From an uncultured Veillonellaceae bacterium (GTDB lineage Bacteria; Bacillota; Negativicutes; JARBTT01), in NCBI GenBank assembly GCA_963805085.1, contig CAWDTA010000002.1, forward strand, positions 256,001-320,000: 64,000 nucleotides of DNA. Direction: 5' to 3'. Below are positions 52,201-63,539 of the stretch, one piece after another (position 1 is the first letter of the stretch; each line of letters starts with the position of its first letter). The notes beneath the pieces were generated by a model. It was not told where the DNA came from. It did no database searches and worked only from the letters and a program-made list of their open reading frames with translations. Position numbers and translations under genes: made by a program.

Positions 52201-55200
52201 GTCAATTCGAAGTGGATTTAAAAACTACTAAATCAATCATAGAATTTGCAATTTACATTTCATTATGAGTCAATTCGAAGTAGGACTTGTCCAATCCTTG
52301 GGAGGGATAATAGTAGGATTTACATTTCATTATGAGTCAATTCGAAGTTCAACTACTTCTCCAGCAAACTCTTTGATTTTTTCATTTACATTTCATTATG
52401 AGTCAATTCGAAGTTCGTTATCTAATGTAACCTTCGCTTTTGACTCCTTGATTTACATTTCATTATGAGTCAATTCGAAGTATATGGTGGTGGCGGTGGT
52501 GGTGTAGCAGCTTTAAAATTTACATTTCATTATGAGTCAATTCGAAGTCAGATGTGATCCTGGTTATTATCATTTTACCAAAGAAATTTACATTTCATTA
52601 TGAGTCAATTCGAAGTTTAACCGATGAAACCATAAAACACTATCGAATTGGCATTTACATTTCATTATGAGTCAATTCGAAGTAAGATAAGAAAAATAAT
52701 CCACCGCTACGATATCTATATTTACATTTCATTATGAGTCAATTCGAAGTACCGACCCCACAGAAATCCCAGGATTCCACATTATCATTTACATTTCATT
52801 ATGAGTCAATTCGAAGTTATTTCTTTATTTTTGCTTGTATTCCCTTCGTTACTTATTTACATTTCATTATGAGTCAATTCGAAGTCCGCTTGTAATCCAT
52901 TCATTGTATTTTTGTTCGAGCATTTACATTTCATTATGAGTCAATTCGAAGTTTTACATTGCTATAGCCAACAGCATAATAAGCACCAATTTACATTTCA
53001 TTATGAGTCAATTCGAAGTCTATACCCCCGAAGCCCAAAACCTAATCCTAAACCAATTTACATTTCATTATGAGTCAATTCGAAGTCTGAGGAAGGGAAC
53101 ACAGTTAAATGCAAGTTAGATTGATTTACATTTCATTATGAGTCAATTCGAAGTCTTGTAATCACTCGCTGCTTTTGTTTTTCTGATTTCATTTACATTT
53201 CATTATGAGTCAATTCGAAGTAATATTCAAAAGATACTAAAGCAATCAGATGAAATCATTTACATTTCATTATGAGTCAATTCGAAGTTTTTTCGATTGG
53301 TGGTTCGCCGCGAACGATACGGACATTTACATTTCATTATGAGTCAATTCGAAGTTAATGTCACACTCAAAAACGCAACAATATTATCCGTATTTACATT
53401 TCATTATGAGTCAATTCGAAGTTTAAAAAAGGCAACCACTTTCTAATCTCACTAACCAAATTTACATTTCATTATGAGTCAATTCGAAGTGGGTGATTCG
53501 GTTGTAATCAATGATGAAGGGCGTCCATTTACATTTCATTATGAGTCAATTCGAAGTACATCAATAAACGTCAATTTAAACATATTTAATAAACATTTAC
53601 ATTTCATTATGAGTCAATTCGAAGTGAAAGAAGGTGAAGCGATGTTAAGAGAGCAGAAAACATTTACATTTCATTATGAGTCAATTCGAAGTCAAGTGCA
53701 TTTTTCCATACGGATTTGTTTTCTACATTTACATTTCATTATGAGTCAATTCGAAGTATTTGGGATGTTGTTTAATTCCACGTTAGAAAGTACATTTACA
53801 TTTCATTATGAGTCAATTCGAAGTTGAAGATTGTTTGAAAGGCATGAAAAAGATTGATGAATTTACATTTCATTATGAGTCAATTCGAAGTTCCTGTATT
53901 GCTACTGCCTGACTGTACTCCGGTATATTTACATTTCATTATGAGTCAATTCGAAGTTCAACCGTTAAGTTGTCGCTTGGATGCAAGTTAGTAACATTTA
54001 CATTTCATTATGAGTCAATTCGAAGTTACATCTTTTAAAACTTCCTCTATATCTCTTTTCAAATTTACATTTCATTATGAGTCAATTCGAAGTGTAGTTA
54101 CTGCGTTTAAGTATCATATCGACGTAAGATTTACATTTCATTATGAGTCAATTCGAAGTTGTCACTCGTAGCAATGCCTTACTATCTGTTGCAACATTTA
54201 CATTTCATTATGAGTCAATTCGAAGTCCTACGAAAGGAGCTGAATAAATGAGTGAAATAAATTTACATTTCATTATGAGTCAATTCGAAGTATTTGGAAC
54301 AAGTGAAGATAGATTTTTGCACATAGATTTACATTTCATTATGAGTCAATTCGAAGTCCAGGCTGCTTTTCTTATGACCGCCTCATTAAGCTCATTTACA
54401 TTTCATTATGAGTCAATTCGAAGTCTCCGTATCTAGACAATGTCCTAGGCTGATAATTAATTTACATTTCATTATGAGTCAATTCGAAGTACCGTCACGT
54501 TGTACAGGTGCTAGTCCTACTTTTTCATTTACATTTCATTATGAGTCAATTCGAAGTGTACGTGCTGTATAACCCAAGTATTGATAATACACATTTACAT
54601 TTCATTATGAGTCAATTCGAAGTGCGTCTTTACCGTTTCTTTGTTTGGCTTGGTTCCATATTTACATTTCATTATGAGTCAATTCGAAGTATGGTCAACG
54701 CGAAGTATTTAAACTATTGATAATCGAATTTACATTTCATTATGAGTCAATTCGAAGTCCCGATGCCATCCATATCGGCTAACTGTTGATACTATTTACA
54801 TTTCATTATGAGTCAATTCGAAGTAATTAAAGAATCACAGAAAATTCCAAGCGTTTCTCATTTACATTTCATTATGAGTCAATTCGAAGTTATTGTTGTT
54901 GTTTATATTAGTATCATTAGCTTTCACATTTACATTTCATTATGAGTCAATTCGAAGTTTCCGAAAAAGATGCAGTGGCGCAAGCAGTATATACAATTTA
55001 CATTTCATTATGAGTCAATTCGAAGTCCTATCAAAATCAGTTAAATCAATCAATGCATGATCATTTACATTTCATTATGAGTCAATTCGAAGTATACAGA
55101 AATTATTCATTTGCGCCGTCACTTTAACCGCATTTACATTTCATTATGAGTCAATTCGAAGTTAAAATGCTTTGTGAAAGCTCCTTAATTTCTACTTGAT

Positions 55201-57259
55201 TTACATTTCATTATGAGTCAATTCGAAGTAAGTGACCATATAGAAGCAAACCCGACTATCTCACATTTACATTTCATTATGAGTCAATTCGAAGTCATCG
55301 GTTTTCACCTTACGCTTGATTGTAATATTTATATTTACATTTCATTATGAGTCAATTCGAAGTAACTTAACAATAATATAGTCTAATTTACATAATACAA
55401 ATTTACATTTCATTATGAGTCAATTCGAAGTTTGTAATTTTTTCCCCATATAATCACCTCTTTAAGGCATTTACATTTCATTATGAGTCAATTCGAAGTT
55501 GCATCGGTATTAACAACTAAATTCCTTCCAACTAAATTTACATTTCATTATGAGTCAATTCGAAGTACAATGCAAAAGATGATGTATTCTGTGTCATTAC
55601 TAGATTTACATTTCATTATGAGTCAATTCGAAGTGATACAAGTGTAATCATCTTTTCTAAATCCATAACAATTTACATTTCATTATGAGTCAATTCGAAG
55701 TTCAGTTTCTTTGATCTTACTGGTAAGGGTTGCAACTTCATTTACATTTCATTATGAGTCAATTCGAAGTGGTCCACCTTTAGGCAATAAAAACGCACTT
55801 GGTAATAAATTTACATTTCATTATGAGTCAATTCGAAGTCCTTACCAGTAAAAGCACAAAAAGCAATATTTTCTCATTTACATTTCATTATGAGTCAATT
55901 CGAAGTAAAATCTTCGTAACATTCGCGGTCATCGGCACACACATTTACATTTCATTATGAGTCAATTCGAAGTGTTTAGGATATTCAGCCGATGAACTAG
56001 TTTCTATATTTACATTTCATTATGAGTCAATTCGAAGTTTGATAAAGAAAAATTCAAGGAATCGGTTGAACGCGGATTTACATTTCATTATGAGTCAATT
56101 CGAAGTCAGGTGGAACAAAGTGCATGAATCGGATATTATCCACATTTACATTTCATTATGAGTCAATTCGAAGTAGTAGTTGCAGGCATTCCGCGTTGTC
56201 GCATAACCAGATTTACATTTCATTATGAGTCAATTCGAAGTTTGAATACCAGTATTACCAGTAGCACCTTGTATTCCTATTTACATTTCATTATGAGTCA
56301 ATTCGAAGTGTATGTTTGGATTAGCTCAAGGTGTTTCGAATAAAACATTTACATTTCATTATGAGTCAATTCGAAGTGCAATTATCACAGGGATTTCACA
56401 AGCAAATAAATTATCATTTACATTTCATTATGAGTCAATTCGAAGTTTATCTTGTGTACCGTCTCGGACTTCGTAATACTCATTTACATTTCATTATGAG
56501 TCAATTCGAAGTCCAACAGGAAATGTTATTGCGTAGCCACCAGCCTTATTTACATTTCATTATGAGTCAATTCGAAGTGCAACCCATACTTGCGAAGTAT
56601 TCACTAAATTTAAATTTACATTTCATTATGAGTCAATTCGAAGTTTTATAATGTGTGTCGACAAATTAATACTTTTATCAATTTACATTTCATTATGAGT
56701 CAATTCGAAGTGCCCCAATCTTCAGCGATGAAACCTGTGTCTCCATCATTTACATTTCATTATGAGTCAATTCGAAGTTCTGATAGCCAAGATAATATTT
56801 AAAGCCCTTCTGAAATTTACATTTCATTATGAGTCAATTCGAAGTTCGATTAAATTGATTGTTGAAGAACTCGGACCTAAATTTACATTTCATTATGAGT
56901 CAATTCGAAGTTGAAAAACATCATAAACCCCACGTTCACGTGTATTAATTTACATTTCATTATGAGTCAATTCGAAGTTCCAGGCTACCGTAGCTTTGGT
57001 AATAGCCTGTAGCGTATTCATTTACATTTCATTATGAGTCAATTCGAAGTAACGGCTTTCGCGATTGTAGAAATGTGTTTTCCGCCATTTACATTTCATT
57101 ATGAGTCAATTCGAAGTTTTACTTGCCCATAACTATAGTTATAAACGCTAATATATAAGTGAGCCACTAAAGCATAAAATGCTCACGAAAAAATGAGCCA
57201 CCTTAAATAAAATAACCTTTAAAATAGACTTAATGAAGTTTATTTTGGAGGGATAAAAG

Positions 57260-58693
57260 GTGGTAATCACATTGGAAGACTATGCTGAAATACGCAGGCT
57301 TTTTAATTCCGGTATCAGCAAACGCGCCATCGCCAGAAAGCTTGGTATATCCAGAAATACAGTAGATAAATATTGCCAAGGCGATACGGTTCCGTGGAAC
57401 AGAAAAATATACACTCGTCAGTCTTCAATCATCAGTGATGAAGTAATGGATTTCATTCGCCAATGCTTAGAAGATGATGAACGCGAAGGCATTCGTAAAC
57501 AGAAACATACCGCCAAGCGAATATTTGATCGTCTAGTTGATGAATGTAACTTTACCGGCGGTGAAAGCACTGTTCGGCGAACTGTCAATCAGCTAAAAGT
57601 GCAGGTGCAAAAGCCTTTTATTCCCCTAGAATTTGCTCCTGGTGAGGCACTTCAAATTGATTGGGGTATTGCTAAAATATATTTAAATGGGCACAAAATG
57701 GACATAAATTTGTTTTGTGCTAGACTCTGTTCCAGTGATGCGCCTAGCGTTTTTGCTTTTGAAAGGCAAAATGAAGAAAGTTTTCTTGAAGCTTTGGTAC
57801 GTACCTTCCAGTATTTTGGCGGAATTGCCAGACGTGTATTCTTTGATAATGCAAAAGTAGCTGTAAAAGAAGGATTTGGCTCACGTGCTATTAAACAAGC
57901 CCGGTATGCAGCTCTTGCAGCGCATTATGGATTTGAAACTGTTTTTTGCAATCCAGCGGAAGGGCACGAAAAAGGTTTAGTTGAAGGACTAGTCGGCTGG
58001 GCTAGGCGCAACATCTTAGTGCCCATTCCAAAAGTTGAAAGCCTTGGAGAATTAGATGCTCTGCTCTTAGAGCGGTGTAATACATACCTGAATCACACAG
58101 TTAGAGGCAAAACGTCCAATGTTGGAAAGTTGCTTGCATTTGAAAAGAATGCGCTGCTGAAAATGCCAAGTTATGTATTTGATACAAGCCGCAGTATTAC
58201 TACAAATGTAGATAGTTATTGTACTGTTCGTTTTGACACGAATAACTATTCTGTACCAATCTCCCATTGCGGTCACGAAGTGGCGGTAAAAGGTTATGGT
58301 ACAAAAGTTGTAATCTACTACCACAATGCAGTGATTGCCAAACACAACCGCTGTTATGGCAAGAAACAAACAATTTATGAACTAGCTCATTATCTTCCTC
58401 TTCTGGAGAGAAGACCACGTTCTATCTTAAATGCAAAACCAGTAAGACATGCTTTACCACAGGATATATTGGAATGGTTAGCTAGTTTACCAGTAAAAGA
58501 AATTATGAAAGCATTAAATCTTTGTGTTGAGCTTGGCGTAAATGCGATTGTAGACGCCAAACGCCAAGGGATACCGCTTGATGCTGTATGCACTAAAAGA
58601 GAACCAGCAACTACGATCATTGATAAAATCACCGTGAAACCAACAGATTTATCATTGTATGATCGTTTGTTAAGAACAGAGGCTGCCTTATGA
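57260..58693 (+). CDS. istA: IS21 DDE transposase
   Basis: N-terminal HTH (SKRAIARKLGISRNTV), QIDWG, FDNAK, EKGLVE, NNYSVP. Confidence 0.95.
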   Translation: MVITLEDYAEIRRLFNSGISKRAIARKLGISRNTVDKYCQGDTVPWNRKIYTRQSSIISDEVMDFIRQCLEDDEREGIRKQKHTAKRIFDRLVDECNFTGGESTVRRTVNQLKVQVQKPFIPLEFAPGEALQIDWGIAKIYLNGHKMDINLFCARLCSSDAPSVFAFERQNEESFLEALVRTFQYFGGIARRVFFDNAKVAVKEGFGSRAIKQARYAALAAHYGFETVFCNPAEGHEKGLVEGLVGWARRNILVPIPKVESLGELDALLLERCNTYLNHTVRGKTSNVGKLLAFEKNALLKMPSYVFDTSRSITTNVDSYCTVRFDTNNYSVPISHCGHEVAVKGYGTKVVIYYHNAVIAKHNRCYGKKQTIYELAHYLPLLERRPRSILNAKPVRHALPQDILEWLASLPVKEIMKALNLCVELGVNAIVDAKRQGIPLDAVCTKREPATTIIDKITVKPTDLSLYDRLLRTEAAL

Positions 58694-59433
58694 ATAGTAC
58701 AATTCATGAGAGCATTAAACTATATGCCAAGCTATTAAAATTGCCCAGTTTTACGCAATATCAAGATGTGATTCGTCAGCTAAAACCCAATATGGGATTA
58801 GATGAAATGCTCTTGGAACTTATGAAAAAAGAATACCATTCACGGCAAGACAACCAATTAAAAAGGCGAATTCATACCGCGCATTTTCCTGTAACCAAAA
58901 CATTGGAAGAACTGAATATGTCTTGCTTCGAAAACATAAAACCGATATTTGTTCAGCAGTTGGCATCCTGTGACTTTATTAAAAAACGAAGAAATATCAT
59001 AATGATTGGACCGCCTGGAACCGGTAAAACTCATCTGGCAATCGGTCTGGGGATGAAAGCCTGTGCATGTGGTTTTCGCGTGATGTTTCGTAGCGCTGCG
59101 ACGATCTCCACTGAACTTTGTGAAGCCAAAGATGCCTACAAACTATCTAAATTAGAAAAGACTATTGAAAAAACAGATTTACTCATACTTGATGAACTAT
59201 CCTATCTAAGCTTTAACCGCCACCAATCTGATCTACTATTTAAGGTCGTTTCAGAGCGCTCTGAGCGAGCTAGTATCATAGTTACCACAAACCTAGAGTT
59301 TTCACGTTGGACGGAGATGTTCGAAAATGAAACAATGGTAGCGGCCCTGGTTGACCGGCTTACATTTCGATCACATTTATTGGATATGAACGGTTCCTCG
59401 TACAGAGTAAATCATGCTATTGCTAACGATTAG
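58690..59433 (+). CDS. istB: IS21 AAA+ helper ATPase
   Basis: GPPGTGKTHLA, LLILDEL, VTTN, ALVDRL; overlaps the istA stop by 4 bp. Confidence 0.96.
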   Translation: MNSTIHESIKLYAKLLKLPSFTQYQDVIRQLKPNMGLDEMLLELMKKEYHSRQDNQLKRRIHTAHFPVTKTLEELNMSCFENIKPIFVQQLASCDFIKKRRNIIMIGPPGTGKTHLAIGLGMKACACGFRVMFRSAATISTELCEAKDAYKLSKLEKTIEKTDLLILDELSYLSFNRHQSDLLFKVVSERSERASIIVTTNLEFSRWTEMFENETMVAALVDRLTFRSHLLDMNGSSYRVNHAIAND

Positions 59434-62045
59434 GTGGCTCAAATATTCATGAGCACAAGTGGTTTAAAATTTCATGAGCGAGTGGCTCACTTTTTCATTG
59501 ACGTTTATACTATAGTCTTAAAAATAAAGCATTTACATTTCATTATGAGTCAATTCGAAGTTTTAACGCTTGATTCAGAACAAGAAAGTTACTATAACAT
59601 TTACATTTCATTATGAGTCAATTCGAAGTCAAATTGGACGTAGTTTGACGCAAGTATTAGATACATTTACATTTCATTATGAGTCAATTCGAAGTCAATG
59701 ATTAATGTTTGCCATTTGTGTATTTCAGGGTAATTTACATTTCATTATGAGTCAATTCGAAGTGCCTGCACCTGGATTAGAACCATTCATAACAAACTCA
59801 TTTACATTTCATTATGAGTCAATTCGAAGTTCACAGCTGGAGTTGCAGCAAATCCACCGTTGCTAATTTACATTTCATTATGAGTCAATTCGAAGTTTAA
59901 TAATATTCTTCATATAGGTTTCCCCTTTTCTAATTTACATTTCATTATGAGTCAATTCGAAGTCGTATATTTTAATGTCGTTCCAAGTATCTTTGCTGCA
60001 TTTACATTTCATTATGAGTCAATTCGAAGTTTGAAAATAGAAACATTACTTCTATTGAGTTTAAAAAATTTACATTTCATTATGAGTCAATTCGAAGTGC
60101 CAATATACACCATCAAGCTGACCTAAGATGCCGACATTTACATTTCATTATGAGTCAATTCGAAGTGTTGCTATTGCAGTAAAACAATATGTAATTCGCA
60201 AATTTACATTTCATTATGAGTCAATTCGAAGTTGAATACAGCAAGAGCACAGTTTCGTGATATTTATAAATTTACATTTCATTATGAGTCAATTCGAAGT
60301 GTCGATGGCCATATTCCATCAGGACACGACATTCTTCATTTACATTTCATTATGAGTCAATTCGAAGTTATGATAGGTGAAGCTATTGTAATTAGTCCTC
60401 AGAAATTTACATTTCATTATGAGTCAATTCGAAGTCGATGGCATTTTGTTTTGTGGTGCTAGTCGCGTACTGATTTACATTTCATTATGAGTCAATTCGA
60501 AGTATACAATCAACTATATTATCAGCGCATTGATACATTAATTTACATTTCATTATGAGTCAATTCGAAGTGCTGACAGCCAACGACTGTGTAATGTGCC
60601 ATCAAAAATTTACATTTCATTATGAGTCAATTCGAAGTGATATATATTTCTGCCAAGCACAAGACATTATATCCATTTACATTTCATTATGAGTCAATTC
60701 GAAGTTCTATATTTTGCAAGTATAATACCGCCATAGAATAAATTTACATTTCATTATGAGTCAATTCGAAGTCGTATGGGAAGATATTGTCGAGATTGCA
60801 AAAGGTACATTTACATTTCATTATGAGTCAATTCGAAGTTGCCGCGCTCGTTTCTTTTGTATTGTAAACACGCCCATTTACATTTCATTATGAGTCAATT
60901 CGAAGTGACATCCGCTCTTGATACTTTGATATCAACATCCTCATTTACATTTCATTATGAGTCAATTCGAAGTGAAACAATAAAAAAATCTATATCAGTG
61001 AATGATACAAATTTACATTTCATTATGAGTCAATTCGAAGTTTGAGAACCCCAGAAGAGCGTGCAGGAATATTGAATATTTACATTTCATTATGAGTCAA
61101 TTCGAAGTACGTACATATTGTTAATTAAAAGAGAAAATCAACCATTTACATTTCATTATGAGTCAATTCGAAGTTTGAACTGCGGTAATAACGGAATTAT
61201 AGATATCTTGATTTACATTTCATTATGAGTCAATTCGAAGTGTTTGAGTATTCGGAGCTGTAAGCATCCGAGATAAATTTACATTTCATTATGAGTCAAT
61301 TCGAAGTCTAATTGTGACTACTACGTCTACCACGTCATTTAAATTTACATTTCATTATGAGTCAATTCGAAGTATTACTTCGCCCGCAAGAAACAGACTC
61401 TGTTATTAAATTTACATTTCATTATGAGTCAATTCGAAGTCGGGCAAGCAAAGCCAATACCTTTATGGGCTGGCAAATTTACATTTCATTATGAGTCAAT
61501 TCGAAGTAAAGACACTATTTGTTATGGCTCTTATCCTATAGACATTTACATTTCATTATGAGTCAATTCGAAGTACAGTATTTCGCTGAATAGTATGTTA
61601 AGCGCTGCTATATTTACATTTCATTATGAGTCAATTCGAAGTGCTGGTGCAGTGATCTTACCAATGAATGAACATTCATTTACATTTCATTATGAGTCAA
61701 TTCGAAGTGTGTTTCTTCGGGGTCATAACCACCAGACAATCTACATTTACATTTCATTATGAGTCAATTCGAAGTATATCCGTTGTACCATAAACCGTAT
61801 AAGGTGAATAAATTTACATTTCATTATGAGTCAATTCGAAGTAGATAAAAGAAAAATGAAAGCGGGGCGGAATTATGAATTTACATTTCATTATGAGTCA
61901 ATTCGAAGTTTGGCGTAGCTGTCTGGAACGCATCTTGGGTAAATAAATTTACATTTCATTATGAGTCAATTCGAAGTTCCGGGAAATCGAATTGATTACC
62001 ATGTGATTACAAACATTTACATTTCATTATGAGTCAATTCGAAGT

Positions 62046-62235
62046 CTTTGCGTAGACAAAGCCTTATTTTTCAATACATAATTTATCATTTTCTGTCTAT
62101 CAGTTATTATATATCATGTTCGTGTATAAATCTGTAAAAATATTTTATCATATATCATCTATATTTCAGTAAATACCTATCACTACTCGTGTCTGTCGTA
62201 CCTCCTACAAAACTGCATTATTAGAGATCGACAGA
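62046..62235 (-). promoter_or_regulatory. CRISPR leader
   Basis: AT-rich 190 bp between cas2 and the first repeat, with the TCTGTCGATCTC...GAGGTACGACAGA inverted motif reminiscent of type I-B leaders. Confidence 0.85.
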
Positions 62236-62514
62236 TCATACAAAGTTTGAGGTTTTATCCTCTTCTTTTATGATAAATTCTTTTTTCATCCATATATTAT
62301 TTCGCCCCGTAAAAATTATACAAGAATCAATCTCTTCCCGCAAATGTTCTTTAACTTCTACCTTTAAATTCATCAATTGACTTTCTGATAACTCTCCTTC
62401 AAACACCGAATTTTGGATATGCGTCAAATATTTCTTGCAAATTTTAAAAACACGTCTTAATACTTTCTGTCCACCTTTATCCAACTTTATATCATATACC
62501 AGCACCATATACAA
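62236..62514 (-). CDS. cas2: CRISPR-associated Cas2
   Basis: LVYDI, KKYLTHIQNSVFEGE. Confidence 0.97.
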   Translation of the reverse strand: MYMVLVYDIKLDKGGQKVLRRVFKICKKYLTHIQNSVFEGELSESQLMNLKVEVKEHLREEIDSCIIFTGRNNIWMKKEFIIKEEDKTSNFV

Positions 62515-62521
62515 AGTAATA

Positions 62522-63514
62522 TCACCACCAAATCCTAAAAGCCTTATATGTATCAGCGCCCATCACATGTTTAATTAGTTTGTATACTTCCAAACGAATC
62601 AAGTGATTGTAGGAAACTTCACGATTTAAGCTTCTATGTTTAATACTTGTCTTCAATTTAGCATCCAATGCTTCCATGATTTTTTTCGCAACAGAATCTT
62701 TCATGCGAATACAATCTACATCTTTGTCAAAATCATTTTCATCAATAATCTTTTTATTTAGCAATGAAAAAATTAAACGATCTGCGAGCAACGGTTTAAA
62801 AATTTCCGCAACATCCAATGCCAAAGAAAAGCGTTTTACCGACGGTTCATGCAAATAGCTAATTGTTGGATTTGCCTGCGTTTTGTAAATTTCACTTAAT
62901 ACCTTTGTATAAATAATTGAATTAACAAAAGAAATCAAGGTATTGATCATATTATCTGGTGGTCTTTTCGTCCGTTTTTCAAAATCAATTTCTACATCAA
63001 TAATCGTGTCCCATGCACTATAATATATTTTTCTAATATTTCCCTCTATCCCCATAAGTTCTTGTACGTCTTTACAATAAGGAATATGCGTACTTAATAC
63101 TTTTATCTCATCCATATACGAAGATAAATCTTTTCCTCGTGCATTATAGTAGCGCAAATTTCGATAGATATTATCATAAGCACCGGATATAAATTCTCGC
63201 GCAATTTCCATTCTTTTTTCGTTGTCGGTATAATGCTCAACCTGTTTTACTAATAGTGAACCCGATACATGTTTTTCCCTCGGGCAAAAACTTCCGGTAT
63301 AAAATTCATAATAATTAAAGAAATGTACCATTACACCATTTTGCGCCAAAAAATCAAGCAATTTTGTATTTAACGTCATTTCTGAAAAAATGTAAATATC
63401 CTTTACACGCTCTATCGGAATATCCTTATTCATTCCATCCTCACGACATAGCTGCAATGAATTATCTTTACGTTTGATGTGTCCATTAGAAAAAACATAA
63501 TAAGATTGTTTCAT
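62522..63514 (-). CDS. cas1: CRISPR-associated Cas1, type I-B-like
   Basis: HFFNYY..Y.GSF, LMGIEG, RPPDN..N..ISF.N, ISYLHEP..RFSLALDVAEIFKP, YKAFRIWW. Confidence 0.97.
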   Translation of the reverse strand: MKQSYYVFSNGHIKRKDNSLQLCREDGMNKDIPIERVKDIYIFSEMTLNTKLLDFLAQNGVMVHFFNYYEFYTGSFCPREKHVSGSLLVKQVEHYTDNEKRMEIAREFISGAYDNIYRNLRYYNARGKDLSSYMDEIKVLSTHIPYCKDVQELMGIEGNIRKIYYSAWDTIIDVEIDFEKRTKRPPDNMINTLISFVNSIIYTKVLSEIYKTQANPTISYLHEPSVKRFSLALDVAEIFKPLLADRLIFSLLNKKIIDENDFDKDVDCIRMKDSVAKKIMEALDAKLKTSIKHRSLNREVSYNHLIRLEVYKLIKHVMGADTYKAFRIWW

Positions 63515-63539
63515 GTAAGCTGCCTCATTTCAAGATATT

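Larger units (their letters stand above)
57140..59509 (+). mobile_element. IS21 family element (2370 bp) inserted inside a CRISPR spacer
   Basis: IRL TATAAACGCTAATATATAAGTGAGCCACT; IRR (reverse complement) TATAAACGTCAATGAAAAAGTGAGCCACT; internal GAGCCAC repeats. 7-bp target duplication CTATAGT at 57133-57139 and 59510-59516. Removal restores a 36-bp spacer. Confidence 0.95.
47589..62045 (-). CRISPR. Type I-B CRISPR array, about 157 repeats/156 spacers, interrupted by two IS elements
   Basis: Repeat on + strand ATTTACATTTCATTATGAGTCAATTCGAAGT (31 bp); spacers mostly 34-38 bp. Manual count: 3 repeats (47589-47755), 116 (49366-57117), 38 (59531-62045). Variant repeats were seen only at 47589 and 47725, and the leader and cas genes are at the right, so transcription is on the minus strand. 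Confidence 0.97.

Noticed and set aside
56645-56680. Spacer sharing TGTCGACAAA with the MITE left end
   Set aside because: Only a 10-bp match, expected by chance. No self-targeting spacer within the window was found by eye, but this was not exhaustively tested.
57140-59509. CRISPR-associated transposon (CAST) interpretation of istAB inside the array
   Set aside because: The element has its own inverted repeats and a target duplication within one spacer, and carries no cas or tniQ gene; it is a simple insertion.
49783-61045. Many MSQFEV/LHFIMSQFEV ORFs
   Set aside because: Artefacts of translating the CRISPR repeat.
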